A DNA stretch of 64,000 bases from an uncultured Ruminococcus sp. (GTDB taxonomy: Bacteria > Bacillota > Clostridia > Oscillospirales > Ruminococcaceae): NCBI GenBank assembly GCA_946493775.1, contig CAMMBC010000005.1, forward strand, positions 3,417 to 67,416. Direction: 5' to 3'. The notes beneath the pieces were generated by a model. It did no database searches. It had not been told where the DNA came from and worked only from the letters and a program-made list of their open reading frames with translations. Numbering within the stretch: the first letter of the stretch is position 1; each line of letters starts with the position of its first letter. Both the position numbers and the translations under genes were made by a program. Positions 10,144-18,583 of this stretch are shown here, piece after piece.

Positions 10144-10812
10144 TTATTTACTGTCTGACGTCCGCGTTTCCCATGAATAGTCATAAGCGCCTATAGAATG
10201 ACTGCCTCTCATTATCGCTTCATATTCAGAAGCGCAGACCTCAACGCATTTTTCAATAAAATTCTCCGCATTTTTTATCTTAAAGCACTCAGGCTCCTGA
10301 TTTATTTTTTCATTAAAATCAGAGCACATATCTTTTATAAGATCTTCCGCCTCAAAAGGAAATATCTCGTTGATCTTTTCCGATTTGTAATTTTCCGGCT
10401 CGTACAGATCGTACTCAAGACCGTACCTTTCTACCGCCCAGCCGTTCAAAATACGGTAATCCCTGTAAAGCTCTCCGAGAAAATCAGGGTCTCCCCGCCT
10501 TGAAACAAGCCCTATATCGTAATACAGTATAACTCTGAAAATACAGTCCTCTATCAGGTGAAAATAATATCCCAGATAAAGCTCGTCCGATAATATATCA
10601 TTTTTGTATCGGTCAAAAAATTCATAGTAATCAAAATGCTTTCTTTTACCGTTATCAAATATCTCCGAAAAATGAGTGTTCACATCCCGTTTATTTACAG
10701 ATAAAACTGCGTCGGGAAGAATATGTCCGATGAAAAACCGGTTTTTATCCTTTATCGGCAAAATGTTTTCAAGCTGCGCAGCTATTGCAATATGCATTAC
10801 CCTTGAAGCCAT
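10144..10812 (-). CDS. Hypothetical His/Asp-motif hydrolase-like protein (possibly zinc-dependent phospholipase C-like fold)
   Basis: N-terminal H-x-A...GHILPDAV plus a later HLIED motif. A paralog with the same motif order lies at 58436-59074. The family assignment is from memory only. Confidence 0.45.
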   Translation of the reverse strand: MASRVMHIAIAAQLENILPIKDKNRFFIGHILPDAVLSVNKRDVNTHFSEIFDNGKRKHFDYYEFFDRYKNDILSDELYLGYYFHLIEDCIFRVILYYDIGLVSRRGDPDFLGELYRDYRILNGWAVERYGLEYDLYEPENYKSEKINEIFPFEAEDLIKDMCSDFNEKINQEPECFKIKNAENFIEKCVEVCASEYEAIMRGSHSIGAYDYSWETRTSDSK

Positions 10813-10866
10813 AAAACCTCCATTTCACGCCGGAAATCAGATAAAGCGAACGCTTTAAGTTACGCC

Positions 10867-11880
10867 TTAATATTCAAATATCACTCCGCCGTAGGTAAGT
10901 CCTCCGCCGAAGCCTACCAGACAAACCTTGTCGCCCCTTTTGATCCTGCCGTCCTTTACCGCGTCGTAAAACGCCAGAGGTATGGATGCAGACGACGTAT
11001 TGCCGTAACGGTCGATATACATCGGAAACTTGTCCATAGGAAGTCCCAGATGCTTCGCCGCAGTTTCAATAATTCTGATATTGGCCTGATGAGGAACTAT
11101 GGCGTCAAGCTCTGCCGGCTCGATCCCGGCTCTTTCACACGCCTTTTCAACTGCGTTGGGCAGAGCCTTTGTAGCAAACTTGTATACTTCCTTGCCGTCC
11201 TGATAAAAATAATGCTCCTTGGTCTGAGGCATGGACATATCAAATTCCTCCGTATTGGTACGGAAAGCGTTTTCAGATTTCAGTGCACGCGCCACGACTT
11301 TGTCGGCTCCGTTTCCGTCTGCCCCCAGGTAGTTGGAATACAAAACCCCTTCGCATTTTTCTATTACGAATGCGCCCGCTCCGTCACCGAACAGCACGCA
11401 GGAGGAACGGTCGGTATAATCCGTAAACTTTGAAAGCTCTTCAGCTGCAACGACAAGCACCGTTTTAACGTCGCTTCCGCTGTAAAGATATCTTTTCGCC
11501 ATGTCAACAGCATAAGCAAAGCCCGAACAGGCAGCGTTTATATCAAACGCCATGCATCCGATAGCCCCCAACTCCCGCTGAATAATGCAGGCCATGGAAG
11601 GAGTATAAAAATCCGCCGTAACCGTAGCGGCTATGATCAGGTCTATATCCTCAGGGGAAATACCCGCGTCAGCAACCGCCTCCTTTGCCGCCATTGCTCC
11701 AAGATAATATGTAGGCTCGCCGTTGGTAATATGTCTGGTCTTGATTCCGGTTCTCTGCGTTATCCACTCATCGCTTGTTTCAACTATCTTTGTAAAATCT
11801 TCGTTTGTAGCTACCAGCTCCGGAACGTATCTTCCTATCCCCTTAATTTTAATTCCCTGTTTCCTATTGATATCCTCCAA
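10867..11880 (-). CDS. fabH: 3-oxoacyl-ACP synthase III
   Basis: ACSGF Cys, HQANIRI His and GNTSSASIP Asn triad. TTG start lies 8 nt after GGGAGG. Confidence 0.95.
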   Translation of the reverse strand: MEDINRKQGIKIKGIGRYVPELVATNEDFTKIVETSDEWITQRTGIKTRHITNGEPTYYLGAMAAKEAVADAGISPEDIDLIIAATVTADFYTPSMACIIQRELGAIGCMAFDINAACSGFAYAVDMAKRYLYSGSDVKTVLVVAAEELSKFTDYTDRSSCVLFGDGAGAFVIEKCEGVLYSNYLGADGNGADKVVARALKSENAFRTNTEEFDMSMPQTKEHYFYQDGKEVYKFATKALPNAVEKACERAGIEPAELDAIVPHQANIRIIETAAKHLGLPMDKFPMYIDRYGNTSSASIPLAFYDAVKDGRIKRGDKVCLVGFGGGLTYGGVIFEY

Positions 11881-11925
11881 TGAACTTTCCTCCCAAACTT
11901 AATAATATATTTTTAAATCAGGATA

Positions 11926-11954
11926 TTGTGCTGATTAAATTTATATGCTATAAT
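11926..11954 (+). promoter_or_regulatory. Candidate sigma-A promoter pointing toward fabD
   Basis: TTGTGC, a 17-nt spacer, then TGcTATAAT (extended -10). It lies about 500 nt upstream of the fabD ATG. Confidence 0.35.
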
Positions 11955-12455
11955 ACAATAAGCAGCTGAATCCAAATGTGTTTCTCGTATTGCAATTATT
12001 TAAAAATTTATACTAAATAGCTATATCAAATCCAAAAATAAGCTTAACCTTATTTATTATAAACTCATTTTATGGATTGGTAAATAACAAATAATGAACA
12101 TCCTATGGCAAAAGCAAGCATTTCAATATTTTTTCACAATTACGTCTCTCTACAGTGCAAAGCCGGCAAAATCGCCACTAATTAATGGGAAAAATATTTT
12201 GACACCTGTCACATTTTATGAACCCAATATTAACGCCTGCTCTGTTATGCATTTTTATATAAATAATCGCAGTTTAATAGTAGCATTTATGGAAAAAATA
12301 ATTTGTCAAAGCGAAGGAGGCAAAGATACAGCTTCCTGTGTTTGCAAAATTATATGCTGTGCAAGAAAACACGCGGTACCCTAAAATGTACGGCACAATG
12401 CAAGCAACATATTTATTCAGGCAGAAAATTAATTTATTATAAAGGAGTAATACCA

Positions 12456-13391
12456 ATGGCAAAGAACATTTTTTTATTTTCAGGACAGGGATCTCAGTAT
12501 GTAGGAATGGCAAAGGAGCTTTACGACGCCTACGACGAAGCTAAAGCAGTATTTGAAACTGCAAACTCTATTCTCGGCTATGATATAGCTGACATCTGCT
12601 TCAACGGTCCCGACACTGAGCTTAACAAAACGGTTAATTCTCAGCCTGCTATTATGGCGTGTTCTCTGGCGGCTTTTGAAGCGGCTAAGGCAGAAGGAAT
12701 TGCTTTCGACGGCGTTGCAGGTCATTCTCTCGGAGAATACGCAGCAATGGTCGCATCGGGAACAGTAACTACGGAGGACGGCTTCAGGCTTATCAAGGCA
12801 AGAGCTTCGGCTATGCAGAAAGCGGCGGAGGAAAACGACGGCGCAATGTACGCCATAATCGGTCTGCCTGCGGAAGAAGTTGAAAAAGTCTGCGAAGAAA
12901 CCGACGGCTATGTTGTTCCCGTAAACTATAATTCTGCAGTTCAGACGGTCATTGCAGGAGAAACGGCGGCTTGCGAGTCTGCGGCGGCAACTTTTGCCGG
13001 AATGAAGAAAAAAGCTATCAGGCTTAATGTTGCCAGCGCATTTCATTCAAAACTCATGCAGTCGGCAGCCGACGAGTTTGTCAAGACAGCTGAGACTGTC
13101 AGTTTCAGACCTGCTCAGGTCGAGTTCTATTCCAACGTGACGGGAGGAAGGCTTGAGGACTTTTCCGATATGCCTGCCATGCTTGCAAAGCATATTGTTT
13201 CGCCTGTTAAATTTACCTCCGAGCTTGCACAGATGAATAAAGCCGGCTATGAAAACTATATCGAGCTGGGACCTAACAAGGTGCTTACCGGACTTGTAAA
13301 GAAAACCCTGAAGGGTGCAAGCGCAATGAACATCGAAAATGCGGCAAGCCTTGAAAAAACTCTTGAGACATTGAAGCAGTCCGGGATGTAA
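12456..13391 (+). CDS. fabD: Malonyl-CoA:ACP transacylase
   Basis: GQGSQYVGM and GHSLGEY motifs. The ATG at 12456 lies 8 nt after AAAGGAG. The ORF-track start at 12303 is an upstream extension. Confidence 0.9.
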   Translation: MAKNIFLFSGQGSQYVGMAKELYDAYDEAKAVFETANSILGYDIADICFNGPDTELNKTVNSQPAIMACSLAAFEAAKAEGIAFDGVAGHSLGEYAAMVASGTVTTEDGFRLIKARASAMQKAAEENDGAMYAIIGLPAEEVEKVCEETDGYVVPVNYNSAVQTVIAGETAACESAAATFAGMKKKAIRLNVASAFHSKLMQSAADEFVKTAETVSFRPAQVEFYSNVTGGRLEDFSDMPAMLAKHIVSPVKFTSELAQMNKAGYENYIELGPNKVLTGLVKKTLKGASAMNIENAASLEKTLETLKQSGM

Positions 13392-13463
13392 GCAAAGAAA
13401 CCGGCGGATAATATTTTCCGCCGAAGCGACTTAATATATTTTTATTGCAGGGAGGAAAAATTG

Positions 13464-13943
13464 ATGAAAAGACAGGACTATTTATCATGGGACGAATATT
13501 TTATGGGAATTGCCTTGCTTTCTGCCGGCAGAAGCAAGGACAGCAACACGCAGGTAGGCGCCTGTATTGTTTCCGACGAAAATAAAATTCTGTCGGTAGG
13601 CTACAACGGAATGCCTACCGGTTGCGCCGACGATGATATGCCGTGGGAACGGGAAGGCAGCCCGCTTGAAACAAAATATCCCTTTGTATGCCACGCCGAG
13701 CTTAACGCGATTCTGAACCGTTCTACGGGAAGCCTGAAGAATTCCCGCATCTACGTTTCCCTGTTCCCCTGCAACGAGTGCGCAAAAGCTATAATCCAGA
13801 GCGGTATACGAGAGGTCGTTTATATGGAGGATAAATACGCCGATACCGACGGAGTAAAGGCGTCAAAAAGAATGTTTGAAATGACCGGCGTAAAAATGAG
13901 ACAGTATATCCCCACCGAAAGAACAGTTTCTTTGAAGCTGTGA
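13464..13943 (+). CDS. comEB: dCMP deaminase (ComEB-like)
   Basis: Zinc-binding motifs HAELNAI and PCNECAK, about 159 aa. Confidence 0.85.
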   Translation: MKRQDYLSWDEYFMGIALLSAGRSKDSNTQVGACIVSDENKILSVGYNGMPTGCADDDMPWEREGSPLETKYPFVCHAELNAILNRSTGSLKNSRIYVSLFPCNECAKAIIQSGIREVVYMEDKYADTDGVKASKRMFEMTGVKMRQYIPTERTVSLKL

Positions 13944-13982
13944 TAATCGGAATAATCAGACTAAAGATAAGAGGTGTAAGCT

Positions 13983-15455
13983 ATGAAACGCACAAAGTTG
14001 ACAATTGACAGAAATGAAAAACTATCCGAGATAAACCGTAATATTTACGGCCACTTTTCCGAACATCTGGGAAGATGCATCTATGAGGGCATTTACGTTG
14101 GAGAAAACTCGGAAATACCCAACGTAAACGGAATGAGGACCGACGTTGTAGAGGCGCTTAAGGAATTAAAAATCCCCGTTCTCCGCTGGCCCGGCGGCTG
14201 CTTTGCCGACGAATATCACTGGAAAGACGGCATAGGTGAAAAATCACAGCGCAAAAAAATGATAAACACCCACTGGGGCGGTCTTGTGGAGGACAACAGC
14301 TTCGGAACTCACGAATTTTTCGAGCTTTGCCAACAGTTGGGCTGTGAGCCGTACATTGCCGGAAATCTCGGAAGCGGTACAGTTCAGGAGATGTCCGAAT
14401 GGATAGAATACATAACCTTTGACGGGGTTTCTCCCATGGCAGAACTAAGAAAGAAAAACGGCAGGGAAAAGCCGTGGAAGCTGAAATATTTCGGAATAGG
14501 AAATGAAAGCTGGGGCTGCGGTGGAAATATGCGTCCCGAATACTATGCCGACGAATACCGCCAGTATCAGACCTATTGCCGCAATTACGGGGATAACCGT
14601 CTTTATAAAGTAGCGTGCGGTCCTAACGCCGACGACTACGAATGGACGGACAAGCTGCTTGAGATAGTTAAGCCATGGCATACCGATGCTATCTCTCTGC
14701 ACTACTACACTATCCCCACCGGCAACTGGAACAAAAAAGGCAGTGCCACGGAATTTTCCGACGAAGAGTATTACAATACCATCTCATCAACCCTTAAAAT
14801 AGATGAAATTATAACAAAGCACTCGGAAATAATGGACAAGCACGACCCCGAGGGAAAGATAAAGCTTATCGTTGACGAATGGGGCTGCTGGTACGATGTT
14901 GAGGAAGGCACCAATCCCGGTTTTCTGTATCAGCAGAACACAATGCGCGACGCAATAGTCGCTGCCTGCAATCTTAATATCTTCAACAATCATTCCGACA
15001 GGGTTACAATGGCGAACATAGCTCAGGTTGTAAACGTGCTGCAATCGGTTGTCCTGACCGACGGAGCGGATATGGTAAAAACGCCGACATTCTATGTGTT
15101 TAAAATGTTCTGTCCTCATCACGACGCAAAGCTTGTAAAGGCGGAAATGGATATTCCGGCGGCACAATACAAGGGTATAAGCCTTCCCGCGCTTACATAT
15201 TCCGTTTCGGAAAATCCCGATGGAAACCTTTTTGCCACAGTTTCGAATTGCTCGCTTGACGAGGATATTCAGCTTGAAGTAAACGCCGGGATTTCATCAG
15301 CGCAGATAATAACCGCCGAAAAAGCAAGTGCCTTCAACGATTTCGGAAAGCCTGAAAACGTCACGCTTAAAGACTATGAAGGCTTTAAAGTATCAAACGG
15401 CAGCTCAGTAATAAAACTGCCGAAACGCTCGGTAGTTTCCTTTAAAATGATCTGA
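13983..15455 (+). CDS. abfA: Alpha-L-arabinofuranosidase, GH51-like
   Basis: [35 protein letters not shown] and GNESWGCGG are typical of GH51 AbfA. 490 aa. Confidence 0.85.
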   Translation: MKRTKLTIDRNEKLSEINRNIYGHFSEHLGRCIYEGIYVGENSEIPNVNGMRTDVVEALKELKIPVLRWPGGCFADEYHWKDGIGEKSQRKKMINTHWGGLVEDNSFGTHEFFELCQQLGCEPYIAGNLGSGTVQEMSEWIEYITFDGVSPMAELRKKNGREKPWKLKYFGIGNESWGCGGNMRPEYYADEYRQYQTYCRNYGDNRLYKVACGPNADDYEWTDKLLEIVKPWHTDAISLHYYTIPTGNWNKKGSATEFSDEEYYNTISSTLKIDEIITKHSEIMDKHDPEGKIKLIVDEWGCWYDVEEGTNPGFLYQQNTMRDAIVAACNLNIFNNHSDRVTMANIAQVVNVLQSVVLTDGADMVKTPTFYVFKMFCPHHDAKLVKAEMDIPAAQYKGISLPALTYSVSENPDGNLFATVSNCSLDEDIQLEVNAGISSAQIITAEKASAFNDFGKPENVTLKDYEGFKVSNGSSVIKLPKRSVVSFKMI

Positions 15456-15718
15456 TGAACACCCTGTGCAAGAAATGCCTGTTGGAGGATATGGACGAAA
15501 CCGAGTATTTCAGACATTTGAAGGACTATATATCCGCCTATCCCAAAGAAAAAAGAGCGGGCGACAATGAATATTCCAGGCGGCTTGAAATATGCCGCGG
15601 CTGCAGCGAGCTTTACGGCGGAATGTGCCGCAAATGCGGCTGCTACGTTGAACTCAGGGCTTTAAAAAAAGAAGCACGATGCGCCGCCGTTCCCGACAAA
15701 TGGCGGAACGGCAGATAA
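15455..15718 (+). CDS. Small cysteine-rich (zinc-ribbon-like) protein of unknown function
   Basis: 87 aa containing CKKC...CRGC...CRKCGC...C. Its ATG overlaps the abfA TGA (TGATG), which suggests translational coupling. Confidence 0.5.
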   Translation: MNTLCKKCLLEDMDETEYFRHLKDYISAYPKEKRAGDNEYSRRLEICRGCSELYGGMCRKCGCYVELRALKKEARCAAVPDKWRNGR

Positions 15719-15732
15719 AGAAAGGACTTATT

Positions 15733-17694
15733 ATGGCAAAAATAGGAGTTGATTATTACCCCGAACACTGGGACGAATCGCTTTGGGAGCAGGACGCCCG
15801 GCTTATGGCCGAAACGGGCGTAAAGGTCGTCCGTATGGCAGAGTTTGCCTGGTCAAGACTTGAACCGGAGGAAGGAACCTTTAATTTCGGATGGCTTGAC
15901 AGAGCGGTAGAGCTTTTTGCCGCAAAAGGTATAGAGATAATTCTGTGCACCCCTACAAACTGCCCTCCTCTATGGCTTTATGAAAAATATCCCGACGCTT
16001 TGCAGACCGAGCGTTCAGGGAAGCCTATCGCAACAGGGATAAGAGGGCACCGCTGCTATAATTCCTCTTCCTTAAGAAAATTCTCCGAAAGGATAATACG
16101 AAAGCTTGCCGAACATTACGGAAACAATCCCGCCGTTACGGCATGGCAGATCGATAACGAGCTTGACGCCGTTCACTGTTGCTGTCCGGTCTGCTCGGAA
16201 AAATTCAGAGAATATCTGAAAAATAAATACGGCTCAATTGAAAGAGTAAACAAGACTTTCGGCAATAACGTATGGAGCGGCGAATATTCTTCGTGGACGC
16301 AGATAAAACCGCCCTTCGGCAGTTATCCTCTCGGCTGGTATAATCCGTCGTATATGCTTGAATGGCACAGATTCTGTCAGAAGAGCGCAAATGATTTTGT
16401 AAGATTCCAGACTGAAATAATCAGAGAAACGATTCCCGGAGCGGTTGTCACCACAAACACATGGCTGTGTGAAAACACTCCTGACTTTTATAAAATGTTT
16501 GAATCGCTGGACGTTGTTTCCTATGATAATTATCCTCCCACCAGACTGCCGGACGATCCCGACGCACTGTATTCACACGCATTTCACCTCGATCTTATGA
16601 GAGGAATAAAACAAAAAAACTTCTGGATAATGGAGCAGCTCAGCGGAACTCCCGGCTGCTGGATGCCGATGATCACCGCTCCCAAGCCCGGAATGATAAA
16701 GGGCTACGCTCTGCAGGCGATAGCCAGAGGAGCCGACTCGGTCATACACTTCCGCTGGCGAAGCGCGGTTTCAGGAGCGGAAATGTTCTGGCACGGTCTT
16801 ATCGACCAGAGCAACGCTCCTTCACGCAGATTTTATGAATTTGCTCAGCTGTGCAAGGACGCCGAGGCTCTGGACACCGACGGAACGACCATATCCTCCG
16901 ATATCGCACTGCTGTATTCGGCAGATACGGAAACCGCTCTCAAAATACAGCCGCAGACCGACGGCTTTCATTACTACAATCAGCTTAAAAGCTTCCACGA
17001 CGGAATCGTTTCTCTTGGCGCAAACTGCGATATAATCAGCGAAAAAGCCGACTTTTCGGGCTATTCCGTTATAATTGCTCCGACTATGTTCATAACGGAC
17101 GAAAGCGTTGTAAAACGTCTTTACAGCTTTGCCGAAAACGGCGGAACGGTAGTCCTTACAAACCGAAGCGGCGTAAAGGACCAATATAACAACTGCATAA
17201 TGTCTCCGCTTCCCACCGTTTTTTCAGACCTTACCGGATGCACAGTCGAGGAATTTGACGCTATAGGCCGGGATGCCGCTCATATCACGATGAACGGCAT
17301 AGAGTACGAAACCGTCTGCTGGTGCGACATCTTAAAGGCGAGCGGCGCATCCGTCATCGCCGAATATACCGACCGTTTTTATAAAGGCTCCCCTGCCGTT
17401 ACCGTAAATTCCTACGGCAGCGGAAAATGCTATTATGTCGGAACGATCGGCAAAAGAGATTTCTATAAAGAGCTGTGTAAAATTATCTTGTCCGAAGCCG
17501 GGCTGGATATAATAACCGACCTGCCGCAAAACGTAGAGTTATCGGTCCGTGACGGCGGCGACAAACGGATCACCTTTATTTTCAACAACAATGATAAAGC
17601 GGTTGAATTTTCATGCATGAATAAAAAGTTCAGACTTGAACCCTTTGAAATGAAAACCGCAGCAACTGTTGATGTCTGCAGCGGACGGAAGTAA
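15733..17694 (+). CDS. Beta-galactosidase, GH42-like
   Basis: MAKIGVDYYPEHW...RMAEFAWSRLEPEEG...WQIDNE is a GH42 N-terminal TIM barrel. The ATG at 15733 follows AAAGGA. Confidence 0.85.
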   Translation: MAKIGVDYYPEHWDESLWEQDARLMAETGVKVVRMAEFAWSRLEPEEGTFNFGWLDRAVELFAAKGIEIILCTPTNCPPLWLYEKYPDALQTERSGKPIATGIRGHRCYNSSSLRKFSERIIRKLAEHYGNNPAVTAWQIDNELDAVHCCCPVCSEKFREYLKNKYGSIERVNKTFGNNVWSGEYSSWTQIKPPFGSYPLGWYNPSYMLEWHRFCQKSANDFVRFQTEIIRETIPGAVVTTNTWLCENTPDFYKMFESLDVVSYDNYPPTRLPDDPDALYSHAFHLDLMRGIKQKNFWIMEQLSGTPGCWMPMITAPKPGMIKGYALQAIARGADSVIHFRWRSAVSGAEMFWHGLIDQSNAPSRRFYEFAQLCKDAEALDTDGTTISSDIALLYSADTETALKIQPQTDGFHYYNQLKSFHDGIVSLGANCDIISEKADFSGYSVIIAPTMFITDESVVKRLYSFAENGGTVVLTNRSGVKDQYNNCIMSPLPTVFSDLTGCTVEEFDAIGRDAAHITMNGIEYETVCWCDILKASGASVIAEYTDRFYKGSPAVTVNSYGSGKCYYVGTIGKRDFYKELCKIILSEAGLDIITDLPQNVELSVRDGGDKRITFIFNNNDKAVEFSCMNKKFRLEPFEMKTAATVDVCSGRK

Positions 17695-17713
17695 GGCAGC
17701 CATAAAAAAGTTT

Positions 17714-17751
17714 AACCTGAGAAGAGTAATTTCCTTCTCAGGTTATTTTTT
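17714..17751 (+). terminator. Intrinsic terminator after the GH42 gene
   Basis: Stem aacctgagaag/cttctcaggtt followed by a T run. Confidence 0.85.
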
Positions 17752-17815
17752 CAGTTTCAAATACGGACGGCTTTTCTATATTGTGATGAGTCCTGTCCCG
17801 CCGAATCCGCAATAG

Positions 17816-18511
17816 CTATTCATAATCGTATATCAGCCCCAGCTGTCTTAAAGACGACACTCCGTCCTCTCCCACGACAAAATGGTCAAGCATGGTTATC
17901 CCCATAGCGGAGAGATGCCTGATAAGCAGCCTTGTGGAAACCACATCCTCCTCCGACGGTTTTGACGAAGCCTCCGGATGATTGTGAGCGATAAAAAAAT
18001 TGTCGTATCCGCTGTTAAGTATGGTTTTGGTTATATTCTTAAGATCCATGGAAACCTCTTTAAGGGAACCGGAATTAACGTCCGCAAACTTCCTTATCCT
18101 GAAAGAAGGATCAACAAAAAACAGCATCACCCGCTCGACCCGTTCTCCGGCGAACTTCTCCCTGACAAGGGATTTTACCGCCGGAATATCCCTTGCGTCA
18201 ACTGCGGACGCTACCCTTTGGGATTTAAGGTATGCCGTAAGAGCGCCAAAAAATTTCAGACTTAACGCAGGATTTTCTCCTACAAGACCGCTTTGCAGAA
18301 GCTCTTCCTTTGAAGCGGAAAGCACGCCCTCAATACTCCCGAACCTTGCCAGAAGCCTGTGAGCAAGACCGTTGGTATCGCTTCTGGGATAGCAGTAAAA
18401 CAAAAGCATTTCCAGGATCTCATGCTCTGCAAAGCCCTTAAAGCTCATAGTCTCGCAGAACCTTTTTCTCATGCGCTCTCTGTGTCCGCTGTGAACGCCG
18501 TTTTCCGCCAT
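17816..18511 (-). CDS. radC: RadC-family JAB/MPN domain protein
   Basis: C-terminal JAMM-like motif HNHPEASSKPSEED and an N-terminal HhH-like region. 231 aa. Confidence 0.85.
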   Translation of the reverse strand: MAENGVHSGHRERMRKRFCETMSFKGFAEHEILEMLLFYCYPRSDTNGLAHRLLARFGSIEGVLSASKEELLQSGLVGENPALSLKFFGALTAYLKSQRVASAVDARDIPAVKSLVREKFAGERVERVMLFFVDPSFRIRKFADVNSGSLKEVSMDLKNITKTILNSGYDNFFIAHNHPEASSKPSEEDVVSTRLLIRHLSAMGITMLDHFVVGEDGVSSLRQLGLIYDYE

Positions 18512-18583
18512 TTCTCTGACCAGTCCTTTCCCAAATTGAATTTATAAAGCCCGCCGCTCCTGCCGCGTACTCCCACGGCATAC

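Noticed and set aside
9437-10180. Long antisense or alternate-frame ORFs inside well-supported genes. Examples are 9437-10180, 6032-6673, 12480-13046, 41062-41691, 53051-53641, 56170-56700 and 26092-26856.
   Set aside because: They are shadow ORFs opposite to, or out of frame with, genes that carry clear family motifs. Their products are low-complexity or Arg/Ser/Cys-rich, and none has a Shine-Dalgarno sequence.
12200-12211. The palindrome TGACAccTGTCA in the fabH-fabD spacer, considered as a FASII operator.
   Set aside because: The arms are only 5 bp, a size expected by chance many times in 64 kb. It does not match the FabT or FapR consensus sites that I recall.
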